This document shows positions 1-14,100 of a DNA stretch of 64,000 nucleotides, one piece after another. Within the stretch, counting starts at the first letter, position 1. Every line of letters begins with the position of its first letter. Source of the stretch: Catajapyx aquilonaris. Taxonomy: Eukaryota. The DNA lies in contig JYFJ02001796.1 of NCBI GenBank assembly GCA_000934665.2, forward strand, positions 1 through 64,000. The letters run 5' to 3'. The notes beneath the pieces are model-generated. The model was given only the letters and a program-made list of their open reading frames with translations. It did not search any database and was not told the origin of the DNA. The translations under genes and the position numbers were made by a program.

Positions 1-3000
1 TCGCGCTTTGGAGGAGTAGCAAGAGGAGCGCTAAGGCAATCGTGAGTCGCCGAGATTATTCCCAAATTCGCATCCTGAGCCAAGATGCCGTGACCCGCTT
101 TTAAAAAACTCTTCCCCTTCTAGATCGCGCAATTTTTATCCGAATTGATCGAGCCTTGGTCGGGAGGCTCAATTGGCTCTTCGTCGCCATGCTGTGACAA
201 TTTCAGGTCCGCACCTCCAGCGAGACGGCTACGCCGGCGGTGCGAACACAACGCAGCACCCGTCCCTCGGCCAAACTTGCCCTCCGCGAGTGGGAAAAAT
301 CGTCGTGACCGTGCGCCCTTAAGGCTGTAAACAACCGGACCCTTTTTTGTGTGAATGGGGGAGGGGGTAAGTGACGGGGGCTGACCACACGTTATTACTG
401 CTAAATAATTTGCTGCGAGCTGGCACACACTGCGTAAAGCATTTTAGCAGAGTTGTAGTCATTTGTGCGTGTAAGGAGGGGGGAAAGGCTGGGTTTTTCC
501 ATCAGTTGCTGGGGGATCTTCCTTTTTCATGGTTTGTCTGCAGCCTCAATCTGATTTAGGTTTGGGCGATTTGAGCCCATTTCCCCTCCAAATTCCCACT
601 TCAAAGGACTCCTGCTCCGCGCCATCCTCAGTCGTTTATTTCTTCTCTGGCTGTGTCTCTCTCACGCGGACGGGGAGGGATGGAGAGTAATGAATATCGG
701 CTTATAAGAAATATTGGTAACGGCGCCAGGAAATGGCCAAAAGCATTACGGGCCCCTAATAACCAATATCTTGTTTCCGTGTCGGACCCCACCTAGTCTG
801 GACGCATCGCTTCGGGATTTATGGGGAGAGAGGCTCCTCTTCTTTTTTTTTTGCCATTATGAAGGCATTTGTTTTTCACATTTTTGCTTCCATTGTTGAG
901 TATATAATGGCATCTGTCATCATTCAAAGCGGGGATTCGATAATTTGAATAAGGTTGAACTTTGTATTGGAGGTCTTTTCTTAAAGCTAGCTTATGTAAG
1001 CTTTCCATTCTGCACCGTCCGCGCCTCGGGCCAACTTTATGAAAGAACAACATGAGGAGGGGAAAAATTGTTGGAGGGGAATTCATAATGCGAACCAATT
1101 TAAGAATTCGCAGCATCAGAAGGGGAGAGATGGCCAAAAAGGCATAAAGGGAAAGGTCCAGTAAAATGGGAGGGATATCCCCCTTTTGTATCTCGTTCCA
1201 TTTTTTTTTTGAATAGGAGGAAGTCTTTACACAGGTTTAAGCATAAACCAAAGGCTCGTTTCATGACAGAGGAGTGGGGAGCTTGCCGTAACTGAGACTT
1301 ACAGCTTGCATTGTGCTGGAGAACCAGGCGAGAAAATATTTTCTGTGCCGAGATGGCCTTGAAGCGAAAACTTCAGCCTCGGCCATAGCTTGATATTGGT
1401 ATCCAGCGTGAAATCCTCTTCTTTTTTTGGACACGGCCGAGGAGCGCCGATATATTATTATTTTTTCTTCTCTTTCTCTCTCTCTCTCTCTTTCCTTCTC
1501 GTGGGCCTGGGGATGGTCTTACCGCACGCTGAGAAGTTGCAGCGGGTGGGAAGGAACGATCGGGGTTATTAGAGAAGAGAAGAAAGGAGGAGGATGGAGG
1601 ACCAAAACAGAGCCTTAACGAACCCCTTTAAGGGGAAGAGCCCAGCACAGAACGTGAGCAACGGGGGATCCATTGAGTGGAAGGACCACATTGCGTGCCG
1701 GGGGAAGGAAGGCCGTCCAGTTAATAAAATTTACTCACTGTAGGTGGAATCCCGGGTGTCGATTAGTAATTCATTGACTGGCCGAAGCGCAATTTGACGG
1801 CCGGAGCACGCATCGCGACGTGGTGCTCCCGAACTGAATTCCTGGGCTGGCTGGATGTATACCCCAGGAGCCAAGTGGTGACACATTGTGTATTGGCAAA
1901 TACGTCACGATATTGATCCCCGGCGTGCCTTTTGCCACGTGCGTGATATTGGTCGTCACGTCTCCCTCCTTGCCGCGCGCGGTAATAATAACACTCGATC
2001 CCTCCTTCGCTTTAAGTGCCAGAAATAATGATTCCGGCTCCCTTGATAAAGCCTGGATGTGTCAGATGTGACACTCGTGCAAAATTACGCCCCCCCCCCC
2101 TCCTCCTCCTCTCTTCCTCCTTTCTTCCTCTCTGTCCCCTCCCAAAGCACGATACCACATCATCCCTGAGCGACTCTTGTAAGCTACCAATAGCATGTAA
2201 TCAGCGCAAGATGGAGCGCTCCCAGCAGAGTTACATTGAATATGTATTATTGCCACTTGCGAAGATGAGGAGGACAAGATTGGGAAGACCGCCGCTAATA
2301 CTAGTGGGAATCGCTGATTCGTCTTATCGCCAAGTTTCAGCAGGTCCTCCCCCTCCACCACTGGGTTATTGTGCGGACGCTGAATTCATTATATGGTACG
2401 CATTTGCCAGTTTCATAAACAGGGAAACACGCAATTCCATCGGGCCCACTCAGCAAAGGGAAGTGGGAAATTAATACGACATGATGCGCAAAGTTCCTTA
2501 CTTCTTACAAGCCCATCGAGACATGGTGGATAACCCGGAATGAAACACTAGGGTTTAATGCAGCATCTGGAGTAACCTCTGAGAGTGAAGTTATGCGGCA
2601 GCCAATGGCAATAAATCTGAAGTTTGTATAGTATTAGCTGGGAAAAGGGAGGTGAGGGAGGGGTAGCTTCGTGTGCGTCTGTACAATGGGAAGGGGCGAT
2701 GACTACTCTTGTCTGAGAACGTGTCGTGACGTTCGTTTAGTTCCCTCGCCTTGGTTCGCTTTGTTCTTCTCTAATTTCTGAGCTTTACAAGTGGAATGAA
2801 GGGGTAGGGGGAGAGAAAGAGGAAAAGGACGAGAATGATGGGGGGAAGAGAGGAGCAGCAGCAGGCAATGGAGGGAATGTCATTGGATTTCTCACCCGCC
2901 CCTAAGAGACAGCATCGCACACAGGATTTTTGAACCATCTGTCACACTGCGATGAACAATGCCTTACAATTTCTGTTTCTTGACAATTATTACTCGTGTA

Positions 3001-6000
3001 ATTAGAAATATCGTAATAATTATCATGATTTATGCATTGCTTGACAGCCCACTACTGGAGATATTTTTTGTGGTCAGTATACGAATACAGTGGGGCATTA
3101 ATATGCAAAACTGATCTGAATGCCTGGGCCATCGCGGTGATGTATCTGGTCAACCCCAGTTGTATACAGTCCCCATATCGTCCGTTCCCCCCTTCCATTC
3201 ATCAAGTACGTACAAAAAAAAAGTAATCACAGAGCAACCTCCGAAACCAGGTTTGGAGTTAGCCTTCATTGAGGCCCGAGAGCACTCGACTTCCCATCAA
3301 TAATATTGCAATCGGCAATTATGATAATGCGACTGTGAAAGGGCACAATCAAATATGAAAAGCTTGTCCAGATGCACGGGCTGCGAATACAAAACAAGTG
3401 ATGCTGGCTGGAGGGGTAAGGGGAATCTTTTTCCGGGGCGGAGACGGCCGTGAGAAGTCGCAGTCAGGGGATGAATGATTGGATGCTGGGGTGGGAATTG
3501 CAACCAAGCAGACATGACGTGCGACACATTCTGAAAGATAAAATCTAATCAATGAGGGAGAGAGAGAAAAAAAGAGAGAGAGAGGATGCTGTGTCCCGGA
3601 TAAAAGCGACGAAAAGCACACACATTTGGCGCGTAAAAGATGAGCCCGGGTCCGTATAATTACGGGGCAGAGCTGCGTATCCCCAAAGGGCTGCACATGC
3701 GCTGCCCGGATAACGTTGCCAGTGTCACACTATTCTTCCACCGTGTTAGACCTCAAACCGTTAATTATTCTGGCTAGTGGCCCAGGCAAAAGTACGTAAT
3801 TTGGAGGTAATTTCATAATTAACGATGAAAAGTGCGAGCACACACATGGCCAACGAGGGGAGCGGGTGGTACAGAAACATTCTCCTTTTAAGCGAGGTGA
3901 AAAATGACGGGCGGCGGTCGTGCAAGAGACTTCACGCAGTCTGCCTATGACTGCGAGGCCTTTTGTTGGACTATCTCGGCCAAGGGGTGGGGGAGAGGGG
4001 GTTTCATTACGGTGCAGGCGACACAGTACATAATGTCAGGGGATCGCCGTTTATTGAGGTGTTTAGCCGGAAAGGCAAAAGTTATGGGAAGAAATTCCGT
4101 GATACTTAACTTTGGTAATACTGCGCCTGCTGTGTGTCAGGAGTCATTTAGCTATAGGAGGCTGTCGTCTATTTATTTTTATTTATTTATTTAGAGCGGT
4201 TTGGTGTTTCATCTTGATTTGAGCAGGTGTTTCTAAATATGGCGCTGCACTTTATATTTTTGAAGAGTTGTGGTGAATCGGCACCCCGCGATTACCATTG
4301 ATTTCCTTTTTTTTCCACAATGGATACGACAGGGTGAAAGAAATCAGTCACGGTCGATTGCCTCCCACGCTTTGCATCAATCACTGACTCCGTTGTGTAA
4401 GGGGAAAAAATGAACCATCTCCCTCGAAACGGGAGAAATTCATTAATCACGCAATATTAAGGTAGGAGGGGAAACGTGGAGCATATTCTTTCCTGAAAGA
4501 GTAGAGCACGCCTGAAATAGAAACCATCCGAAAACGTATAGAGAGAGAGCGAGGTTCCTTTAGGATCGCTGACAAGGAATGTGGGGCCAATGTGGGGCTG
4601 ATATTATGATGACTGTCCGCCCCTTTGGAAAAGGTGTCGCCTCTATCTCTTATCCGAGTGGAGGTCCTCCCTTGGAATAGAGCTGGGGACCGGTTGCGGT
4701 TGCGCCATTGGGACCTCGCCTGTCCCACTACAGGCCACGTAATAGCTAATGAAGCGTTAGGCCCAGATGTGACACATGAAGCGTGAATGGGAGATCTGCA
4801 GATGGTGTTAATGCACAATGCAGTGGTCCAGGGACCCGGTGCCAGTGATAATGATTCCGATGCGCGACTCGAAAAAGAGCGCGCCAGGGAATGGTATAGT
4901 AGTTGGGGAGGGGTAAAAGCTCACTGCGGTTGCATGCAATGGGCTTATACACCAGCTGTTTTCCTAAAGCTACTCGCTTCTTGCTTTGTGCATGGGGACC
5001 TATACTGCTCTGCTTTGAGCCGAGTGCATTGTACGTATAGGTGAGGAAAGTACGCCAGGGGACACCGCAGCAGAGATGCAGATTCACAAAGGCACAGGCA
5101 ATGCTCCACCAGGGTGAGACTTTGCTGTAAAAATAAAGCCACAGCTTGTACTTGTGTAACCGAGTTAGGCTGCGACATTGTGGCATTGGGAGCTGTTTAT
5201 TATATTTAAAATTTAAAATTGGTACAGGAATGCCCAATGTGCTTCCTGGAAGCTTACAGTGTGTCGCAAGCAACCAGTCTGGCCTACAGTACAATTATTT
5301 TTCATTCCTCATTCTCGCTTGTCATTAGTCGTCACAGCAAGTTAAGAAAGGCTAAGACGTTTCAGTGCCAACATTTCCACAGAATGAGACAAGACGATCG
5401 ACCGCAAAGTTTGCAACAAAAATATAGTTGCTTCAGATGAAGTCAGCAGAGTGTTTCAGCAGCATGGAGTGCTCCCCATTTGAGTAATGAAGTATAGAGC
5501 CACCAATCATCCAAAGTGGCGAAACCCAACGTTGACAGGAAGAATCGGCTTGGCTTCTGTCAATCGGCAACGTGATTGATCGGTCTTGATTGCATCCGAG
5601 TAATTATCTCGGCCCGTAATCCTCACGTTATGCCGTCTGCACTGTATACATCTTCATTCCCGTCACCCCAGCACCCGAATTGAGTTCATGCTGTCCAGGG
5701 ATCTGCATATAGTTTGGTATGGGTGAAAAAATTGAATTGTAGATATACGCGCCTGGATGTGTCAGGACCCGGTCCGCGATGATTGGCGACCCGCAGTAAT
5801 GAAAAGGACAGCCACGACTTGTACAGGCTAATTGAATAAGCATCTAGGACTTGTTTTTTTTGGTGTGTCCATCTCCTGAAAACCGGATTCCTTTGGCGAC
5901 ACTTTAAGGAATCCGGGAGGCGGTGTTTCCTGCAGCGACTTTTGTCATGCTGTAATACATCAGCCGCCTAACTATACCGTCCGCCGGAATAAGCTTATTT

Positions 6001-7279
6001 AGTATGCCGTCTTGAAAAAAAGGGGGAGCTCGCAAGAAGAAGAAGAAGAAAAAAAAAATCTAGCCGACTTGCCAGAAGACGTTCGCCGGCATTACTGGGC
6101 TCTTTCGTTTGAGCTCGCTATCGGAAATGACATGTAAGTTTTAAAAGTCGGCCGCATTGAAGGAGAAATTGACTATGAAGGAGCGAGGATCCCTCCTCCT
6201 TCTACAGCCGGAAGTTGGTAACCTCAGAGACATGCTTTGGTGCTGGTTTCGTAGAAAATAGTTTTGTAAGAAGGCCGATGAAATATGAAGATTCTCCTTA
6301 CCAAGTGCCACGTCCCACGTCACTCGGGCTCCCGGAAAGTTGGAGAATTGTGCTGAGTGAGGAGGGAATTTATCAAGTGGGTCCGTCAAGCACGATTCGG
6401 GAGGGATTGCGGTTCTTTCCGGTAATTGGCGGCGGAGCTACAAGCGAATAAATTGTACGTTATTTGCGAAGATGAGCTCGGCTCCCTCTAGCCAACTTTG
6501 CCCTCCTCCTCAACTTCTTTTGCTTGTCCTCCCCCTTCCTTGCACGCCTTCTGCCAAAAACGAAAATTGATGGCCAGGGAACCAAATTGATGAGCTTTGG
6601 TAGTCTAATGAGGCGGCAGGGGTTTGTTAAAGTTGCGCGCACAGGGAGCCAAGTCTGTCTCTCTCTCTCGCTCTCGTCTGCTGTATGGTTCCTGTCGCCC
6701 AGCTTCCTTGGAAAAACATGGCCCCCAAAGTTGGGGCAGGAGGCGGCAAGGCTACATCACAGGATGCAATTAGGGCATGACAAATTTGTTGATTGAAAGC
6801 CTCCATTGTGTGGGCTCGTTAACCTCAACCTCTGGTGTGCAGGACACACAGGCCGCACTGCAAACGACGGATTTCCTGGAAGAACCCAGGCTGCTGATGA
6901 TGCGGGTCATCAGCATCCCTGAAGTTTCCAGTCAGCAGGTAGCCTCGTGGACACCCTGTACTTCCATGAGGGACCCTGTACTTGCATGAGGGATTGAGGG
7001 AGAGAATTTGAAAGTGGTGCATGTGGCCCCCCCTCTTCTCTCGGGCTTGGTAGGGGCAATCAATCACGGGTCTGGCTGACAACTGGGTCCGCTCGGGATG
7101 CCCATCACCCGGATTGCTTCTCCACGGTGAGATGACGCTGCGGACGCGGCGCCGACTCTCAGCCGACGCCGCAACTAATTGGCCTCCGCGCCATCTTCGT
7201 GGTCAAATGGCCTCCTCTCCACTGACGAGGCACTTTTCGTGCAAATTCACGCCTCTTCTTGTGCTGGATGCTGCAGCTG

Positions 7280-7281
<2 letters not shown>

Positions 7282-7339
<58 letters not shown>
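7282..7339. repeat. (GA)29 microsatellite
   Basis: Uninterrupted GA dinucleotide run read directly. It explains the ERERER/SLSLSL ORFs here. Confidence 0.97.
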
Positions 7340-7344
<5 letters not shown>

Positions 7345-8044
7345 AGGGATGGTCCTGGTTGTGTTTGAGTTGGCATTCCCCAGGCTCTGTTGGTACACAG
7401 AGGGTTGTCAACACGGTGTTTCATGTGCCAGTCGCCGCCCCCGGATGACTTCACGTGGACGTATCGCGCACGGAAATTGTGCTTCTGGTTGCTAACATGT
7501 CCCTGTCAACTGAAGTTAGACTGTGATTTTAAGGGGGGAGGAGATGATGATGTGAAAATGCTCCAAGGTGTGCAGCACACCTTGTCCATCCATTGGTTTG
7601 CCTGATTCGGTTCATACTGTACAAAACAGCGACCAAAAGTTAAAGTGATTTAACTCCTTTCACGTTGCATTCTTATGTGATACCTGCCACCTGTAATCCA
7701 CTAAAACATGAAAATAGCTTACAAATAAGTTTGTGAATTATTGAGAAACGTTGCACGACTTGGGGACATTAGGAACCTACTGGTCTATAATATTGGTGTC
7801 TGTGTAATAATTAGATTTGTTTAACACACTTCTTATTGGCTGGTATGAAAGTATAATTTTTAAATATAAGATAACAACTGCAAGGTCCAAAAATTTAATT
7901 CAAAAAGGTTCCTAGATAGTATCATGACGCATTCCCATTTGGAAAAAATGCATTTAATAATTAAGAGATATCTCTTGATGTACCGGTATAGATATTTATA
8001 TTGATAGCACATTTCTTATTGTCATGAAAAATCTTAACTAAAAA

Positions 8045-8115
8045 ACTCGTTTCAAAAAAAAAAAAATGCTGCACAACTATAGTTGTGCAGCATTTTTTTT
8101 TTTTTTGAAACGAGT
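8045..8115. repeat. Near-perfect 71-bp palindrome with no spacer
   Basis: actcgtttc(A)13tgctgcacaacta|tagttgtgcagca(T)14gaaacgagt. The arms are exact reverse complements apart from one extra T in the homopolymer. Confidence 0.95.
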
Positions 8116-11100
8116 CGTCGGGATAGATTGAATGAAATTTGGGCCTAATTTTGCGCTTCATTTTAGTCGCCAGATTGATAGGATCACCAGAATGAGATGT
8201 GCGGATGTCCGCCAAATTAAACGCGTCATATTGGGAGGGGTGTCCCGATGATGCACATGGCGCAAAAGAAGGCAAATGTGCCTAGTCAATTGAAAGGGCG
8301 GTCACTGAAACACGGGGACCCCTGATTCAGACTCGGGGACAGAAGAGATGAAGGCCTGCTAGCGTGTCAGATTACTAAGGGGAGGGCACGGGGAAGGGCA
8401 TTATCTCACAAAAGCATGCAGGGGATGATGACGACCTAGTGAGTATCTCGATCCCCCCTCTCCTCTCTTCGAGTCAATGGCTGCGAGTTGAATGTCCTGA
8501 TTGAAAGGTGGCCATGCTGGATACACTTTGTCAACTTCCCTTCCTCGAGCAGGAAGTGCGATTAAAGCCCAACCGACCGTGAATCTTGATGCGGCCCGGA
8601 CGCGGCGTCATTTTTGTGAACCGTCCCTGCTCTCTACATGCTAACAAATTTTCAGGGTGGGAACTATTACGGGCTACAATAGAATATTGATAAGTATTTT
8701 ATGCTAATCGGGGCGCATTCATTGACTTTCGACTCGCATAATTTATCGGGGGGACGAGTCGTGCGTGAAATTTTATTTATAGGCCTACATCCTCCGTGCC
8801 CGATAAATTACTTGCCCGGTTTTTAATTGATTTAGAAATTTGTTGTTTGTAGAATATGTAACTGTGCTATTGTCCGAATGTCGCCAAAAATCAGATGTCG
8901 CCTGATGGAAGGGTGTCCGGGTCGCCATGAAACTAATTATGGCGAAATAAAGTAGCGTGTGGAGGGAATAAATCAGGAGACGACGACGCATGGGCGAGAG
9001 TCAATTTGCATCTGTTCCCAGGTGACTGGGAGCTATAGCTTCCTAGGCCTTGCCTGGAGGTGTAGTTAGGTAGGTAGGTAAGGTGGTGGGGGAGGGCAGA
9101 CTCGGGGCGGCGTTATACTGATGAATTACGCGGGAGACCATGAATATTAATGCTGTCTGATGCATTTTCTTCCTCTTGCGCCTCGCAAGTCTTGTCTTAT
9201 CTCGGGAGCAGGAGAGATTGGAGCTGCCGCACGACTAGGCTTGTGGGCTTGAGGTAGGCCGACTTTTTCGACGACCCCGCCTTTGCGTTTCCCTTGAGAA
9301 CACTGGGGATATTGCTTGGCCTCCTTCGGCGCTCATCAGCAACCGCCCAGGATAATTCCGTTTGCGACTCAAACCCACACCTGTCTGCCGTTGCTGCTGG
9401 AGGAGGAACCAAAAGCCTATCAGAATTTGCAATGGCGTGTTGGTACGGATGGATGGGGTTAAGTGATTTAGTCGTTGATGACTGTGACAACCATCCTCGG
9501 GTCGGAAACGGATCAGGTGCGCACTCTGTATATATGCCGCTGGAGGGTGGTGTATATAATGGGATGAGTACCTTAGAATCGATTGACTTGTCCCGTCCTT
9601 TTTTAAGAGGCCGAGCACAGGGGAGGGCAAATGGTGCTTGACGGTATGCCGCCTGGCCTTATAAATTGTAATGTGCCCATTAATTTGGATTGCACGACCA
9701 AGCCTCTTCCGTGGATAATTTACAGCGAGGAGTAATCGCGCAAGCTCTTCATTGCATAATCATTGCCATAGGGGAGGAAAAAAACTAAATCGTTGTTTGG
9801 AGGACAGTAAAACAACTTACGAGTTGAGCCGCGTACATTATCACAGCGCCATAAGTTTTCTCCAACAACTTTGGTCATTTGCCATTACGAGCGCAGTTAT
9901 TTATACACCTAATATGGGTAATTGCCGGATGATTAAGAGCGCATCGTAATGACTCCGCCGCTCTCGCCCGTGCAGTTGAAAGGTCAAATATCTTGGCCGA
10001 AAGAGATGGCGTGGGTAACGCACGTAGATGCCAGGAATGCGCTCCAGCACAAGCAAGCACACAACCAAACTTGAAAATGACAAGAAATAAACCCTCCCTC
10101 CCACCAGCTCGAATGCTGCCCCCAAGATACCCCTCCCAAAATCTGCCTAATTACCTCCATAATTCTGTTACGATCCCCCTGCTTATGAGTACCGTAATCG
10201 ATTGCAAGTTGCTGCGCTCATGAGAGCAACTACACGAATTGTTGATGCCACAGGCGCTGATGGCATAAAAACACACTATATACAGTAGTGATGGTCTGAG
10301 CTTAGTTTCGGCCCAGCATCATGCAGAGGGAACGTGGGTCGATGCCATGTTTTACGAGGTGCATGACGACCCATGGGGGCCGCATATACACTGTGCCCAG
10401 TCATGCCCCCTCCCCCCCTCCCCTCCCTCTTGTTGTTCCGAGCACTTGGGAGGGTGGATATTCCCACGGGGAGGGAAACGTAGGCAGGTGGATGGGCCCA
10501 GGAATCGTCAAACCAAGGCTGGCTCAAATCACCTGTCTCGGTGAGAAGCGACCCACGCATCAGCAAGCCTCCTTCATACCCCCGATGTGTATCCTACCTA
10601 CCTATACTACTACGAAGGATATTAGGGGAGGAAGCAGGGTCGACTGCTGCCGCCATCTAGCCAGGCTCACATTGGGCTGCGCAAGAAAGTCAGGCCAATG
10701 CTCGGAGTTATCGACGGTCAGGGACACTCAAGTCCAGTTTTGATGGTCAAGAAATTTGCGTGCGTTTGCCTACTTGCCAACCCTTGCTCATCCCTTTTAT
10801 ATTTAAAAAAATGCTGTACTCTATTAATTTAGCATTTCATGTGTTTTTTATGCACTTATTCAAATAATTTCTCCTTTTGTGTCTTTTTTGTTATTAATTA
10901 ATTAATAATTAGCTTATTTCTCTTTATACTCATTTTAAGAAATGAAAGCATTACAATGGTGCAGAATTTTAAAGCATGCCGTATTCTCCTTGATGCTCGT
11001 CTTGAAACGAGTTGGATATACCTTGGGGTTGACAACTGTTGATTTGGACTTTTATGGGGCCCTATAGTCTGGAACTCTGGACACGGGAGGTAACTCATGC

Positions 11101-14100
11101 GCCGGGTAACTACCTTGGTAACGTATCTAAAATGTTGTGAGTTAGCCATTGGGAGTCGTCCTTATGGAACCGTAGCGTAGAGGATAATTATGTGCACCAA
11201 TTTCTATTTCAAAAGAGGGTAACTTAATGAAAGGAAATGCGTGGTATTACGCCCGCTTCGATGAATTTGAAAAGAAATAGGAGCTTCCTCTGATTTTCTT
11301 GTCGGATTTATTGTGGATAGCACTATTCTTTCCTATATACAGTATATCGGCCGCAGAGAGAATAAAAAGAAAATGACTGCTGAATAACGAGAGCCAAAGG
11401 AATTTCAATTTGGGCCAAAAGCAGAATTCTAAAAACAAGAAATTCTGTCGTATAAAAATATAACAGCCTGGGAGCAGGAAGTTAATGAGCATCTGGGTAG
11501 AGGTGAACCAGGCACTCGAGAGTGGAAGAAGAAGTTGATGCCTGCAGGGAATCATCAGAGAAAATGTTTGTCAGGCCAAGCAAGAGCTATACATATACTA
11601 CCCCCAGCAAAGTTTGGTGGAAATCTTCTGGCGCATCAACCGCGGAAGAACACTATATGAACCGCATTGACTTGGTACGTGTAATATTATTCATGAGTTT
11701 GGTGCCTTGTCCTCCTGGGCGGAAATATTTCCCGAATTCCACGTGTTCCCAGATGCTAATCGGTAATTGCTGCCGGATAAGGGCAGCACAATAGATTGAA
11801 GGGGCGTCTCTGGAAGAACCCCACTGGCATGAAGAGAGGCGTGAATGTGGCCCTCAGCAGGTGAACTCTTGTTAGTCCCGATGGTTTATAATGCGAGATG
11901 TCTTTTAAGTTTACGCACAATTTTAGTTTCCTTGTGCAAAATGAGTTGTGCAGCAGTTCGTTAAAGGGTTTACCCAGCTGCATGCAGATACTGGGAGGGC
12001 CCCGCCGCATTACCGCATTAGCCAGGTCAGGACAGAGCCTTGTAAGGATATTCAGCCAGAAATTGGGTAGCAAGCTCCCATTATGGCGATAATGCGTTAA
12101 TATTCTGCACCTCGTGTCATGGCGCAGGGGCCTTACTGCAGCAACATTTAGGCCAGGTTATTCAAATGATTAGGGCGTGCGGAAAACAGGCTGCTGCAAT
12201 CCGCAGTTCAAGGAAGCATATCCTCAGAATTTCGTAATCACTTAATTACTGGTGCATAGAAGTTTACCGTTACAGGGTGCTGCAGCAGAAAAAAAGGGCG
12301 CGTGATCGCCCTACCTCTCAACGTGAGTAGCCCCATGCATCTCCAGATTAATGTCAGGTTGATTAGGACGGCTATCAATTCAACAAGTGAACTCACCAGA
12401 CCTCTATTATTTTCATGACTAAACAAATCATATCCCCTGGTCTTTGTCACCTCAATTAGAAAAACATTCAAGACGACCTGGGTAGGGGGAAAAAAACCGG
12501 GGGGTTAGACAAATCTCCGAGGAAGAAGCGTGTAAGAGAGTGCAAATTGTCGGCGGCAATCCGGGTAATAAAGTGAAGTTAAAGCAGATTATGGGCATGG
12601 AAGGTGTCGGAGGCGAGAATCCAGCGAGCAATCCGAACGGGACGGGATTAATTCCCGTCGCGATGTGCTGCTGCGGCCGAGACGATAAATTCTCACCTGA
12701 GAAATCGGGAGTGCCTCGGGAAGAGGATTCATGGCACATGTGAATGTGTTTTACGAGAGCGCATTGCCATAGGTGGCTCTGGCCAGGCGGGTTTCTGGGA
12801 GGTCACGTGGAGAGACTGAAGCCACGGACCGCATACGAATCCAGCTGCGGCCATAGATTGGAGACGTTGTGCTCTGCAGGGGGGGAGTCTCTTAACGGAT
12901 GGTTTGGGTGGCGACCGAAAGGTAATGATTTCTCCTTAACGTCACGACTGGCTTGAACAAGACGCGAGGATCCATTGCGCCCACTTGATCTACAGCCGAC
13001 GAAAAGGGTTGCCCCCCTCCTATAATGTTGGTCAGCAGTCGTATTTTCCAGGATCAGAGGCCAACTGTGCCTACAACATTCGAAGCACGGGGCGGAAAAA
13101 ATAATAGCGCGTGATTAGCACCGAGTGTATTAGAAAAGGGAAGAAATTATTACATGCCAGGTTAGCTGTAAATAAAAGGGCGCACACCCTTGCATATTTC
13201 CGGATGCGGTTGGTTAACTTATCTCCTCGATGATTACTCTGTGCCAGGATGCGTTACGCTACACGACAAGTCAAGCCGCGTATTAGACAGTGGCAATTAC
13301 AGCGAATTAAAAATGCCTCTCACATTTGTTAACTGGCTCCTCCTCCCACATTTCACATTCCATCAGCACTGGGCATCTGACAGAAAACAAAGTGGGAGGG
13401 CCCAGGTATATACTGTACGTGTGTGCATGTACTGTATGCACTTACAGTACTCTCAAGTGCTGTGGGCAATGGCGGCTCTTTTGTGGCAGCGGGGTGATGG
13501 ACTCTGGCTGGGGAAAAAATCTGGCGAAACAGAGCATAGCAGCATCTTATCGGGATTCCAGAGCGCAGCAGACACCCTTTTCCTTTCGGCTGAATGGGCC
13601 AAATGAGGTGGAGGTTCGTGTTTGTTGTCCGCGATGAAGAGAAAAGCATTTTAGTGTATCAGGAGGAGCCGGCGGGCGGGAGTTTGGCTGCTCCTACTAG
13701 CTGCTGCCAGAAATCAAAGCTGCGGAGAACTCGCTTCTTTTTCTCATCTGACAGCCCCCACTGTAACGTGCATGTGTCAACCACTCCCAACAAGTAGTTG
13801 TTGACAAAACGCGTTTCTTTGTCATCGAGACTTGCACGCGTTCCTAATTATTTCTAGCCAATATATAGCCCCCTAAAACTAGTTTGTCATTATTCCATCT
13901 GACGCAACGGTTAGCCCCAATTATCCCAATTTTGATCCGGTTTACAGCCCGTATCCCTACCTACCTCACGCAGGTATTTAATTGCGATTTTATTGGTGGC
14001 AACCTGCCTCCCTGAGGGCAGGCCGATTAAATAATAAATAACAAAAAAAAAATCCCTGGAAAAATTTCAAAGGCGTGCTGCAAGCTCCCGTCTCATGTAG

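Noticed and set aside
7114..7495. ORFs with ERERER / SLSLSL runs
   Set aside because: They are translations of the (GA)29 microsatellite.
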